A stretch of DNA of 64,000 nt from Dehalococcoidia bacterium (GTDB lineage Bacteria > Chloroflexota > Dehalococcoidia > GIF9 > UBA5629): the NCBI GenBank assembly GCA_003142375.1, contig PLME01000011.1, forward strand, positions 14,599 through 78,598, given 5' to 3'. A model generated the notes under the pieces. The model saw nothing but the letters and a program-made list of their open reading frames with translations. It searched no databases and was not told where the DNA came from. Positions 21,001-29,049 of this stretch are shown in pieces. Both the position numbers and the translations under genes were made by a program. Position 1 is the stretch's first letter, and every line of letters begins with the position of its first letter.

Positions 21001-23822
21001 GACGGATTCCATTGGAGCAGTCGCTTATGCGTGATCAGCATCCGCCAGGCGGTGCGCACCATGGCATCCAGACTGAAAAACGCTTCGTATGGCAGGCATA
21101 CGAGCGTGAATGCAGCCTGAACGAAGTGACGGCGGGCCGAGCGCACTGCGGCAGCGAGGTGCAGTCTCAGAGTCACATCGACTGGCTTTTGAAGCGCATT
21201 CAGGGCCGAGGCTATCAAAGAAGGAATCAGGATGATGCCTATCACCGCCAATGTCCAGAACCAGGCCGATGGTAACACGGTCCAGCCCAGAAGCAAGAGG
21301 AGTGTCAATGCCGTGGGGGTGAGGCTACGCCGCAGGTTGTCGAAAATCTTCCATCTCGACAGCCCCGAGAGTGGATTTTTCTCCAGGCGTGAGTCGGGGC
21401 CGGGAACGTTAGGCATCACCCACTGCGCAATCTGCCAATCCCCGCGAATCCAACGGTGCCGGCGGCTGACGTCCGCACTGTAGAGGGAGGGGTTTTCCTC
21501 GTATAGCGGCACATCACTCAATGACCCGGACCGGATGTAACACCCTTCCAGAAGATCGTGGCTGAGGATCCGGTTATCGGGGAAACGCCCGCCCAACACC
21601 CGCTCGAATGCATCAACATCATAGATGCCCTTGCCGATGAACGAGCCTTCACCGAACAGGTCCTGGTAAACATCGGAAACGGCGCGCGTATACGGATCGA
21701 TGCCGAGCTCATTGGCGCACATGCGCGCATACCGCGATCGGTTCGTGCCGGGGAGGCTCACTGCCACCCGTGGCTGAAGAATGCCGTACCCCGCAACAAC
21801 ACGCTGCTGGTCTTCGTCGTAACGTGCACGATTGAGTGGGTGCGCCATGGCGCCCACAAACTGCCACGCCGAATCGCGTGCAAGTTGCGTATCGGTATCC
21901 AGGGTGATCACGTACTTCACGTCCGATAAGACCGTGGTTTCACCGACGATGAGAGCGAAGCGATCACTTGATCCTCCGCGCAAAAACCCATTCAAATCGG
22001 CAAGCTTGCCGCGCTTGCGCTCGTAACCCATATAGATCCGGTCGCACGGATTCCATCGGCGAGGGCGATGAAACAGGAAGAAGGTATCGCCTTCTTGACT
22101 CCTGTACTTTTCGTTCAGCTCTTCGATTCTCTGCCGGGCCAGCCGCAACAGCGGTTCGTCTTCCGGCAGCGTTTTTTCGATGGCGTCGTGAAAATCAGTG
22201 AGCAAACCGAAGTGGAGGTGATCATCCCGATTTGCCAGGAAGCGGACTTCCAATCCCTCGATCAGGTCCTCAATGTTTTGAGTGCTTGTGAGAATCGTCG
22301 GGACCACAACCAGAGTTCGCAATTCCTGCGGGATCCCTTGGGAAAAATCCATGCGCGGCAGCGGTTGCGGCGTCGCCAGCAACGTCGCCAGCCAGTTCAC
22401 CACCGCTACCGCCAGATGACTGGCGCAGAGAATCGATAGGAGTCCGATCAGCCCCAATGCCCAACCCTGCAACCCATCGGCGTACGCCTTCGCCGCGAAG
22501 CACCCGGCTAAGATCGCTGTCATCAGAAGGATGGTGCCGCTATACAGCAGGAAAGGAAACCGGCGGCTGGCTTTGCGCAGAACCTCAGCAGACGATAAGC
22601 GCACCTCCGTCATTCGTTCGAGCTGCGCCAATCCCTCGTCGATCAGGTAGAAGCCGACGTGCGCTGCGCGTTCGTCGCCGCCTTTCCGTGCCGCTACCTC
22701 ATTTGCCAGATTGATCGCTTTGCGCGCCACCTCGCTCTCGGAGTAGGGACAGCTCTTCGCAGACTTCTCCACGACGTGACGGTAGCGATCACGGGTGGCA
22801 AAATCCATCTTGCCGTAGACGCCGCCAGGATCCTCACTCAGGATCTGCTCAACAATGCTCATCGTCTCGACAAACTCGCGCCAGTCCATCGCGCCCAGTA
22901 AGCGGAGGCTGCCGATGCTGTTGCTCATCGAGACCTGGTCGGCAGTTTGTTGTTGGTTCTCCGAGCGCACCAACTGTTCGATGGTCAGTCCAACCTCAGA
23001 CAGTCTCTGTTCAATCCAGGTAAGCGGCACTGCAAGAGCGGGACCCTGGCCCTGCAAGCGACGTGTGAGCTCCGCAACAAACGAGCTCACCATCGGGGGG
23101 TTCGACCGTGCCATGTCGGAGATCGCCAGAATCAGGCTCTTTGAGTCCTTCTCGGCGATCTCCGTCATCTGGTCGGCCCAATAGTCGGCACGGTTTCGAT
23201 AGATCATGTGGGCGGCGATCAGGGCGGCAATCCGCCGAACATTCTCGATCAGGACCAGGCGCAGCATGATGGGGATAGCCCAAAGTTCGCCCAATTTCAG
23301 GGTGGTCACCGACTGGTAGGCGGCTACGAAACTGCTGAGGTTTTCCGGGTACAACCGTCCATCGCCGTGCGAGATCATCTCCAGAGCGATGTCATACACC
23401 CGCGGAAGCCCAGCCGATGGGCCATTCAGCAAGTGCGGCAGCTCACGGCTATAACCCTTCGGCAAGTATCGCTTAGCCATTCGAATCTGTTCCTCAATCA
23501 AATAGAAATTGTCGAGCAGCCATTCGCCGGCCGGTGTAATCCGGCGGTCTGCCTTGACGTGCTCTGTCAGCAGGTTGTGGACTTCAAGCAGGAGACTTTC
23601 ATTCTCGGCCAGCCGCGCCAGAAGGCGGTCCCGAGGGCGTCCAGGCTTCAACTGGTGCTCACCCGCAAGGATCTTCCCATGCTGCTCCATCTGATCGTCA
23701 CTGAACAGTTCTGATCGAAGGGATAGTTCATCGCCGGCATACTTCTGTGCCAGGTCTTTTTCGCAGAGGCGCGCCCACATACGGGAAAATGTCCCGCGAA
23801 CGGTCTTGCTGCTTATCTTCAT
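15069..23822 (-). CDS. cyclic beta-1,2-glucan synthase-like giant protein (2917 aa; GT84 glycosyltransferase + GH94 phosphorylase-like domains)
   Basis: Size matches NdvB/ChvB/Cgs. N-terminal EWLLDNFYLIEEQIR-type motif. A TM cluster near residue 420. GT84-like core (MGYERKRGKLADLN … DTD). C-terminal GH94-like region with GDWND. AAGGAG RBS. Confidence 0.7.
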   Translation of the reverse strand: MKISSKTVRGTFSRMWARLCEKDLAQKYAGDELSLRSELFSDDQMEQHGKILAGEHQLKPGRPRDRLLARLAENESLLLEVHNLLTEHVKADRRITPAGEWLLDNFYLIEEQIRMAKRYLPKGYSRELPHLLNGPSAGLPRVYDIALEMISHGDGRLYPENLSSFVAAYQSVTTLKLGELWAIPIMLRLVLIENVRRIAALIAAHMIYRNRADYWADQMTEIAEKDSKSLILAISDMARSNPPMVSSFVAELTRRLQGQGPALAVPLTWIEQRLSEVGLTIEQLVRSENQQQTADQVSMSNSIGSLRLLGAMDWREFVETMSIVEQILSEDPGGVYGKMDFATRDRYRHVVEKSAKSCPYSESEVARKAINLANEVAARKGGDERAAHVGFYLIDEGLAQLERMTEVRLSSAEVLRKASRRFPFLLYSGTILLMTAILAGCFAAKAYADGLQGWALGLIGLLSILCASHLAVAVVNWLATLLATPQPLPRMDFSQGIPQELRTLVVVPTILTSTQNIEDLIEGLEVRFLANRDDHLHFGLLTDFHDAIEKTLPEDEPLLRLARQRIEELNEKYRSQEGDTFFLFHRPRRWNPCDRIYMGYERKRGKLADLNGFLRGGSSDRFALIVGETTVLSDVKYVITLDTDTQLARDSAWQFVGAMAHPLNRARYDEDQQRVVAGYGILQPRVAVSLPGTNRSRYARMCANELGIDPYTRAVSDVYQDLFGEGSFIGKGIYDVDAFERVLGGRFPDNRILSHDLLEGCYIRSGSLSDVPLYEENPSLYSADVSRRHRWIRGDWQIAQWVMPNVPGPDSRLEKNPLSGLSRWKIFDNLRRSLTPTALTLLLLLGWTVLPSAWFWTLAVIGIILIPSLIASALNALQKPVDVTLRLHLAAAVRSARRHFVQAAFTLVCLPYEAFFSLDAMVRTAWRMLITHKRLLQWNPSGNSDRNSRTDLVGSCRTMWIGPLVAVAVVITLAASKPAVLAVAGPILCLWFGSPAIAWWISRPLARRRAGMTVDQTLFLRKLARKTWAFFETFIGPQDNWLPPDNYQENPVAVIAHRTSPTNMGLALLANLSAYDFGYLSARQLIERTAKALCTMETLERHQGHFYNWYDTQSLKPLLPLYISSVDSGNLAGHLLTLRPGLLGLADHKILETRFFEGLSDTLRIVIDAAAAAPEVYAPAQLAQLQQDLESATRSQLTTLMASRLCLDQLATSAAVVVTDVEALDADTESQLRWWAHAFAEQCRDALDELTFLAPWTVLFSSPNSLGDFPDLDEIPTLHELAALEVKLLPAIVHRLSSATTSAESAWLGELQRLITAASQHARTRIAAIKELATQCDAFARMKYDFLFDETRHLLAIGYHVGECQRDSSYYDLLASEARFSYFVAIAQGQLTQESWFALGRLLTTAGGEPILLSWSGSMFEYLMPLLVMPTYEPTLLDQTCKAAVARQIEYGKKRGVPWGISECGYNAIDVHLNYQYSAFGVPGLGLKRGLAEDLVIAPYASALALMVAPEEACLNLERLAAEGFETRYGFYEAIDYTPSHLPRGQSRVVVRSFMAHHQGMSLLSLAHLLLDRQMQKRFESDPLFQATMLLLQERIPKATAFYAHTSELSEYHTASSASETPIRVFTSPDTPNPEVQLLSNGRYHVMITSAGGGYSRWKDLAVTRWREDRTCDNWGTFCYLRDVTSGEFWSTAYQPALKRSKHFEAIFSEGRAEFRCRDHDYETYTEIAVSPEDDIELRRVRVTNRARTRRAIDVTSYAEVVLALPAADALHPAFSNLFVQTEIIRRQRAILCTRRPRSQGEQAPWMFHLMVVHGAEIGDVSYETDRMQFIGRGNTVADPQAMSGGAGVFTEALSGSEGSVLDPIVAIRYRITLDPEESATINIVTGIGETRGAALRLVGKYQDRRLADRVFDLAWTHSHVLLRQFNASAADAQLYGHLASSIIYANASLRADPSVLIKNRRGQSGLWSYDISGDLPIVLLQIENPANIDLVRQLVQAHAYWHLKGLAVDLVIWNEDHAGYRQLLHDQVMGLIAAGIEANVTDRPGGIFVRPAEQIAEEDRILIQAVARAIISDSRGSLVDQINGRSQVEVTVPLLIPTRTRRSEPLAVASLPRHDLTFYNGLGGFTPDGREYVITTAHGQLTPAPWVNVLANPHFGTVISESGLAYTWSENAHEFRLTPWENDPVGDSRGEAFYLRDEESGYFWSPTPLPCRGATPYVTRHGFGYSVFEHTERGIRSELWVYVAMDAAIKFTVLKVFNESGRSRRLSATGYVEWVLGDLRPKSTMHVITEIDPDSGALFAHNPYNTEFPDRIAFFDVDDTTRTISGDRTEFLGRNGTLCAPAAMTRTRLSNKVGAALDPCAAIQVSFDLAAGQEREIIFRLGLGRDVDDARNLVNRFRGSNAARCALDVVWQHWTHTLGAVNVETPDQSINVLANGWLLYQTLACRLWARSATYQSGGAFGFRDQLQDVMALIHARPHLAREHLLLCASRQFLEGDVQHWWHPPTGRGVRTHCSDDYLWLPLTTCRYVLTTGDTGVLDEPVHFIQGRSVNADEDCYYDLPGRSEEVASLYEHCVRAILNSLKFGVHGLPLIGSGDWNDSMNLVGEHGKGESVWLGFFLYEVLTQFMEVARTRGDLSFVERCQREAAQLRQNLEQNGWDGKWYRRAYFDDGSPLGSSVNPECQIDSIAQSWSVLSGAGDHERSRMAMEAVDERLVRREHGLIQLLDPPFDKSALNPGYIKGYVPGVRENGGQYTHAAIWAAMAFARLGDNRRAWELFTMINPVNHARSTEETATYKVEPYVVAADVYAAPSHTGRGGWTWYTGSAAWMYRLIVESLLGLTLEVDKLRFTPCLPADWVGFKMHYRYRETVYHIAVLQTPAGNGEMRVSVDGVEQHDKTIPLVDDHKEHWVEVRMTPPP

Positions 23823-23835
23823 TTTTGATGTCTCC

Positions 23836-24300
23836 TTGTACCACTTCTCAAGTCACAATTGCCAGGGTGTGAAGAGGGAGAATTACCTCTGGAACTGGCG
23901 GCCGGTAGCCGAGAGCACTGTGAGATCGCGTGTGGTTGTATTCCTTTCTCTACATATCCACAAGCACCTTGGCCTCAAGCAGCGTTGTGAAGATGTCTCG
24001 ATTGAGCAACTCGTCCCTCAGTTTCCCGATGAATGACTCGATGTAGCCATTCTCCGACGGACTCCCCAGTTCTATGAACAACGCCCTCACTCCAAGTCGT
24101 TCCAACCATTGACGTACGGCTCTGGCTGTGAACTCAGGGCCATTGTCTGATCTGATGTGCCGGGGAGTGCCTCTGATGACGAAGAAGGTACACAACTGAT
24201 CAATGACGTTCTGTGAGCTGATACGACGGTTAACCACCATGCCCAGACATTCTGTGGTGTACTTGACCTGCTCCCAATAAGTGTACCACTTTTTAAGTTA
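23836..24300 (-). pseudogene. IS3-family (IS2-group) transposase OrfB, integrase-core fragment: N-terminally truncated, with an in-frame amber stop replacing the conserved Trp
   Basis: Translation …HIRSDNGPEFTARAVRQWLERLGVRALFIELGSPSENGYIESFIGKLRDELLN…LLEAKVLVDM*RKEYNHTRSHSALGYRPPVPE. The DM*RKEYN position corresponds to DMWRxEYN in intact relatives. No N-terminal half or OrfA is present. Confidence 0.75.
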
Positions 24301-24535
24301 AGTGATTGAGCCCGTGAGGGCATCCCCTTTTATGTACCAACCGTAATGCTAGTTTTGCGGGCCATGAGTCCACGAGTGCGTGGAGAGTCGTTACCATCTC
24401 GTGATAGTATGCGTTGTACCCTGCATCCAAAGTCGTTTCAGATAAGTGCAAGCCATAGAATCAGTGTGTCGGCAGGACCTGTGATCTGACACACTGATTC
24501 GTCTGTTAAAATGAAGTCGACCTGGTGGGTTTGTA

Positions 24536-24611
24536 CTTGGTAGGCCGTGCAGGAATCGAACCTGCGACCCACTGATTAAAAGTCAGTTGCTCTACCAACT
24601 GAGCTAACGGC
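24536..24611 (-). tRNA. tRNA-Lys (anticodon TTT)
   Basis: 76-nt cloverleaf GGGCCGTTAGCTCAGTTGGTAGAGCAACTGACTTTTAATCAGTGGGTCGCAGGTTCGATTCCTGCACGGCCTACCA. Anticodon loop CTTTTAA. Confidence 0.9.
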
Positions 24612-24721
24612 CCATTCACGGGATGTGGTTTCAGGAGAAACCGACTAAAAAGTTTATCACAATCTTATTCGCAGAGACAATTAAAGGCGTGACAATAGTT
24701 GCTGAAGCTTCAAATAAAAGG

Positions 24722-24796
24722 TGGAGCGGGTGAAGGGATTCGGACCCTCGACGTCTTGCTTGGGAAGCAAGCACTCTACCGCTGAGTTACACCCGC
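24722..24796 (-). tRNA. tRNA-Gly (anticodon CCC)
   Basis: 75-nt cloverleaf GCGGGTGTAACTCAGCGGTAGAGTGCTTGCTTCCCAAGCAAGACGTCGAGGGTCCGAATCCCTTCACCCGCTCCA. Anticodon loop TTCCCAA. Confidence 0.9.
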
Positions 24797-24841
24797 ACAG
24801 ACGGAATTATATTAGAAATCTCCTATATGTCAAGTAGACGG

Positions 24842-25285
24842 TCACCCTTTTTTATTTACCCATTCTGGTGTCGCTATTTCGGCATTTAAAAAAGGTTCCC
24901 GCAGGTACGGCTTAATATCCAGTACAGGCGAGCCGTCGATGGCATCCAATCCTACAACGGTTAGCAGATTGGCTTTTCTTTTGACCAGTTTGACTACTGT
25001 AAGGCCTATCGGGTTGGGACGTACCGGGCTTCTGGTGGCGAAGACCCCTTTTAAAGGCAGAGTGGGGTTGCGGTATGGGTGTACTTTCATGATCAGCCGC
25101 TCGCTTTTTTTAACCTTGTGCAGCCAGAAGACAATAATAAGGTGGGAGAAAGACTCGATTCCATCAAGAGCTTTTTCGTAAGCCGGGTCAACAATTACCT
25201 GAGCTTTCAAATTGCCGCGAGCAACTTTGCGCCTGCTTTTGATACTGCTTTTTATAAAGCCGATGGGTTCCAGCCTGTCTGTCAT
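24842..25285 (-). CDS. trmO: tRNA (adenine37-N6)-methyltransferase TrmO/TsaA (YaeB family)
   Basis: YaeB-family core (RPNPIGLTVVKLVKRK…LDAIDGSPVLDIKPY). Start taken at MTDRLEPIGF. Confidence 0.7.
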   Translation of the reverse strand: MTDRLEPIGFIKSSIKSRRKVARGNLKAQVIVDPAYEKALDGIESFSHLIIVFWLHKVKKSERLIMKVHPYRNPTLPLKGVFATRSPVRPNPIGLTVVKLVKRKANLLTVVGLDAIDGSPVLDIKPYLREPFLNAEIATPEWVNKKG

Positions 25286-25402
25286 ATCACAAGTATAGAA
25301 GATTTGATTTGAATGCATCAATTGCAGGTTGAATGAAGTTGAACAACCGTTCGAATAGATATACAATCAATAGCGCTTCAAATATTATTCCTGGAGATTA
25401 AC

Positions 25403-26884
25403 ATGCCCAAACCTTCGCTCGATTATTTATTTAATCCCACCTCAATTGCCATTGCCGGCGTGTCACCGGATGCAGCCAGGCCCAACCTGGCGCAACTATT
25501 TGTAAGTACACTCAGAAACTTTGGTTTTAAGGGTGAGATTTACCCTCTTCACCCATCCGGTGGTGAGCTATTTGGTACGAAGGTATATACCAATGTGCGT
25601 GAAATACCCGGCCCGGTCGACTACGTTATATCGGCTATACCCGCACGTTTCACACCGCAACTGATAACCGACTGCGTGGCCAAGGGAGTAAAGGCTGTCC
25701 ACCTCTTTACCTCAGGTTATGGGGAGATCGAGGACGAGATAGGCAAGAAGCTCGAAGGGGAAATATTGAAGATAGCCCGCAAGGGCGGCATGCGCCTGGT
25801 AGGGCCGAACTGTATGGGACTCTACAACCCGTCGTCGGGACTCACATTCGCCGGAGATTTTCCCGACCAGATAGGTTTCCCGCGCCAATCCGGGTCTCTG
25901 GGTTTGATTTCTCAGAGCGGAGGCAACTGTATTTACACTATTCGTGAAGCAGCAGGTAGGGGCGTATTTTTCAGCAAAGCCATAAGCTATGGAAATGCCG
26001 CCGACCTAAATGAAACGGATTATCTGGAATATATGGCGGAGGATGCTCAAACCAAATTGATCGCCATGTATATCGAGGGTGTAAGGGACGGCAAACGTTT
26101 CATGCAGGCGTTGAAAAACCTGGCCGGCAAAAAACCTGTGATAATCAATAAAGGCGGCAATACGGAGACGGGAGCCAGGGCCTGCGCCTCTCATACTGGC
26201 TCCCTGGCAGGGTCGGCTGCCATATGGCACGATCTTATTAAGCAGGTTGGGGCGATCCCGGCTGGAAGCATCTCGGAACTGGTCGATATGGGCGTGGCCT
26301 TTCTCAAGATGAAGGTGCCCAATGGCCGGAATACGGTCGTCATCGGCACCGGTGGTGGCATCGCCGTCCAGGCTTCCGATGATATCACCGGGGCCGGCCT
26401 GGACCTGCCCATTTTACCCCTGGAAGTCAGGAAAAAGCTGGTGGCTATATATGGTACCGAGGCCGGCAGCATCTTCAGGAACCCGGTTGATGCGCCGCCT
26501 ATGGCGAGCGTAGAAAAATACGTGGAGGCGGTTAAAGCCATAGCAGAATCCGACCAGGTCGATGTGCTGATTTTGCATTGCCCCTTTGACATCTGGGCCA
26601 TGGTAAGCCGCAGCCTGCCGCTCAGGCCTTTCATCGAAACGGTGGCTGTACTGGCGAAAGTAATAGATAAGCCTATGGCTGCAGTGCTGCACTACGATAC
26701 AAACTCCGGTTCGAGGCAGATGGTTGAAGACGTGCAGAAGAAATTCGTGGACCTGGGCTTGCCTGTCTATCCCTCAATACAACGTGCCGCGACGGCTATA
26801 AATAAATATATAGAGTATTACGAGCGGCTGAGGGGCGAAAACAGATTATCAAGGGTTTCCGGCAGCAAACGAAAAGCCTGCTGA
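25403..26884 (+). CDS. acyl-CoA synthetase (NDP-forming) alpha-type protein (CoA-binding + succinyl-CoA-synthetase-like flavodoxin domains)
   Basis: N-terminal CoA-binding fold (SIAIAGVSPDAARPN…) and ligase-CoA domain. No ATP-grasp partner is adjacent. Confidence 0.6.
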   Translation: MPKPSLDYLFNPTSIAIAGVSPDAARPNLAQLFVSTLRNFGFKGEIYPLHPSGGELFGTKVYTNVREIPGPVDYVISAIPARFTPQLITDCVAKGVKAVHLFTSGYGEIEDEIGKKLEGEILKIARKGGMRLVGPNCMGLYNPSSGLTFAGDFPDQIGFPRQSGSLGLISQSGGNCIYTIREAAGRGVFFSKAISYGNAADLNETDYLEYMAEDAQTKLIAMYIEGVRDGKRFMQALKNLAGKKPVIINKGGNTETGARACASHTGSLAGSAAIWHDLIKQVGAIPAGSISELVDMGVAFLKMKVPNGRNTVVIGTGGGIAVQASDDITGAGLDLPILPLEVRKKLVAIYGTEAGSIFRNPVDAPPMASVEKYVEAVKAIAESDQVDVLILHCPFDIWAMVSRSLPLRPFIETVAVLAKVIDKPMAAVLHYDTNSGSRQMVEDVQKKFVDLGLPVYPSIQRAATAINKYIEYYERLRGENRLSRVSGSKRKAC

Positions 26885-26885
26885 C

Positions 26886-27755
26886 CTATTTAAGGGCCTT
26901 CTTAACCGTTATCCCGATCTCTGCAGGATTGGGAGCAATTATAGCCCCGGCGGCGGATAAAGCCGCCATCTTATCCTGTGCTTTCCCCGTATTACCGCTG
27001 ATAATAGCTCCGGCATGCCCCATGCGCCTGCCGGGAGGAGCGGATGCTCCAGCTATGAAGGAAACCACAGGTTTGCTCACCCTTTCTTTAATGAATTGGG
27101 CTGCTTCCTGTTCCATGGTGCCTCCGATCTCCCCGATGAGCACGATAGCATGTGTGTCCTTATCTTCCTGAAAGAGTTTCAATATATCCACAAAGTTCGT
27201 TCCCAAAAGGGGGTCGCCGCCTATTCCCACACAGGTGGACTGCCCGATACCGAATCCGGTCAATTGAGCCACTGTCTCATAAGTAAGCGTGCCGCTACGT
27301 GAGACCACGCCCACATTGCCCTGCTTGTGAATCTCACCTGCCATGATGCCGACCTTGCACTTGCCAGGCGAAATTAAACCGGGGCAATTGGGACCGATAA
27401 GACGTACGGGCTTGCCTTTGAGGAAACTGTAAGCGTTAACCATGTCCATTACCGGGATTCCTTCTGTGATGCAGACCACCAGCGCAATGCCGGCATCCGC
27501 CGCTTCCATGATTGAATCGGCCGCCCCGGCTGGGGGGACAAAAATAATGCTGGCGTTGGCGCCCGTTTCCTTAACGGCGCTTTCAACCGTATTAAAAACA
27601 GGCACTCCGGAAACCTGGGTGCCACCCTTGCCGGGCGTCATCCCAGCTACGACCTTGGTGCCGTACTCTATGCAGCGTTGTGTATGAAAGCTGCCTTCCC
27701 CGCCGGTAATGCCCTGAACCAGCAGGCGTGTTTTTTCATCGATTAAAATACTCAA
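26886..27755 (-). CDS. sucD: succinate--CoA ligase subunit alpha
   Basis: [25 protein letters not shown]…; active-site His region GHAGAII. ATGA overlap with sucC. Confidence 0.9.
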   Translation of the reverse strand: MSILIDEKTRLLVQGITGGEGSFHTQRCIEYGTKVVAGMTPGKGGTQVSGVPVFNTVESAVKETGANASIIFVPPAGAADSIMEAADAGIALVVCITEGIPVMDMVNAYSFLKGKPVRLIGPNCPGLISPGKCKVGIMAGEIHKQGNVGVVSRSGTLTYETVAQLTGFGIGQSTCVGIGGDPLLGTNFVDILKLFQEDKDTHAIVLIGEIGGTMEQEAAQFIKERVSKPVVSFIAGASAPPGRRMGHAGAIISGNTGKAQDKMAALSAAGAIIAPNPAEIGITVKKALK

Positions 27756-28924
27756 TCCCGGCCTCCTTTAGCAGCCGCCACAGCTTTGCGTGCAGCATCC
27801 AGGAAATCGGCCGCCTCTATATAGTTGATCCTGGATTCAGCAAGGAGGCGTTTGCCCTCAGTAACATTGGTGCCGGCCAGCCTGACCACAACCGGGACTT
27901 TGATATCTATCTGCTGATAGGCCTCGATTATCCCGCGGGCGATGGTATCCGCCCGTGCCATCCCGCCGAAGATGTTGACCAGGATGGCCTTAACATCCGG
28001 GTCTGCGGTGAAGACTTTAAAGGCGCTGACAACAGCGTTGGTATTGTTCACTGTACCAATATCGAGAAAATTGGCCGCGTTGCCGCCACAGAAATTTATC
28101 AGGTCTAACACTGCCATAGCCAGGCCGGCCCCGTTGACCATGCATCCTATATTGCCGTTTAGTTTAATATAGTTCTTGATGCCCATTTCGCTGGCCCTGG
28201 CTTCGAAGGGATCATCCTGCGCTGGATCGTGGAGCTGCCGGATATCATCGTGTCGAAAAAGGGCGCTGTCATCAAAATTCAACTTGGCGTCAAGGGCCAT
28301 AATTTTGTCATCTGCGGTAATTACCAGGGGGTTTATCTCAGCCAGGGAGCAGTCCTTTTCGCGGAATAACCTGTAGAGGTTGGCCATCAATTTAACGGCG
28401 GGTTTGACCTGGGCCGTACTTAAATTCATGCCGTAGGCCAGCTTACGGCCTTCGAAATCCTGCCAGCCCGCAGCCGGGTCGATGTGAACTTTGAGAATCT
28501 TCTCGGGGCTGGTCCTGGTTACCTCTTCGATGTCCATGCCTCCGGCCTCGCTGGCAATCATGACCGGCATTTTGCGGGCGTTGTCGATAACGATGCTGAG
28601 ATATAGTTCACGCCGCACTTCCATAACCTTTTCCACCAGGACTTTGCCGACGGGCGCTCCTTTGGCGGACGTTTGATGTGTGATCAGCCTTGCTCCAATT
28701 ATCCCGGCAGCCGATTTCTCAGCCTCGGCAGCATCTGCAGCCAGCTTAATTCCACCGGCTTTGCCCCTGCCACCGGCGTACACCTGGGCCTTGACGGCAA
28801 CCTTACCTTCCAGACCGGCGGCGATCTTCTTTGCCTCTGCCGGGGTACTGGCTACATCGCCGGCGGGAACAGGAACCCCATACTGGGATAATAAGGCCTT
28901 AGCCTGATATTCATGTATTTTCAT
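27752..28924 (-). CDS. sucC: succinate--CoA ligase subunit beta (ATP-grasp)
   Basis: [20 protein letters not shown]… canonical SucC. GAGGAG RBS. Confidence 0.9.
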   Translation of the reverse strand: MKIHEYQAKALLSQYGVPVPAGDVASTPAEAKKIAAGLEGKVAVKAQVYAGGRGKAGGIKLAADAAEAEKSAAGIIGARLITHQTSAKGAPVGKVLVEKVMEVRRELYLSIVIDNARKMPVMIASEAGGMDIEEVTRTSPEKILKVHIDPAAGWQDFEGRKLAYGMNLSTAQVKPAVKLMANLYRLFREKDCSLAEINPLVITADDKIMALDAKLNFDDSALFRHDDIRQLHDPAQDDPFEARASEMGIKNYIKLNGNIGCMVNGAGLAMAVLDLINFCGGNAANFLDIGTVNNTNAVVSAFKVFTADPDVKAILVNIFGGMARADTIARGIIEAYQQIDIKVPVVVRLAGTNVTEGKRLLAESRINYIEAADFLDAARKAVAAAKGGRD

Positions 28925-29049
28925 CCTGTTCTCCTCTTACCAGCCGTACACTGCTTGGCAAGCGAATTATATATTATTGCGAGTACTAAAGGGGATGTTT
29001 ACTCAATCGAAATACAATGTAGTTATTCTCTAAATTTAGAGCCAATTTT

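Larger units (their letters stand above)
14579..24552. mobile_element. degenerate tRNA-Lys-associated genomic island (~10 kb), GC-rich, no integrase retained
   Basis: Bounded by exact 17-bp direct repeats of the tRNA-Lys 3' end. The interior is markedly more GC-rich than the flanks. It carries an IS3-family transposase pseudogene and one giant cargo gene. Confidence 0.55.

Noticed and set aside
15102-23714. Dozens of 60-290-aa ORFs on both strands inside the giant gene (e.g. 18888-19760 +, 19764-20348 +, 16516-17097 +)
   Set aside because: They are antisense or out of frame to a continuous 2917-aa ORF in GC-rich DNA, where spurious long ORFs are expected. Their translations are Arg/Ala/Pro-rich junk.
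24087-24323. 78-aa minus-strand ORF within the IS relic
   Set aside because: Wrong frame relative to the recognisable transposase translation, so an artefact.
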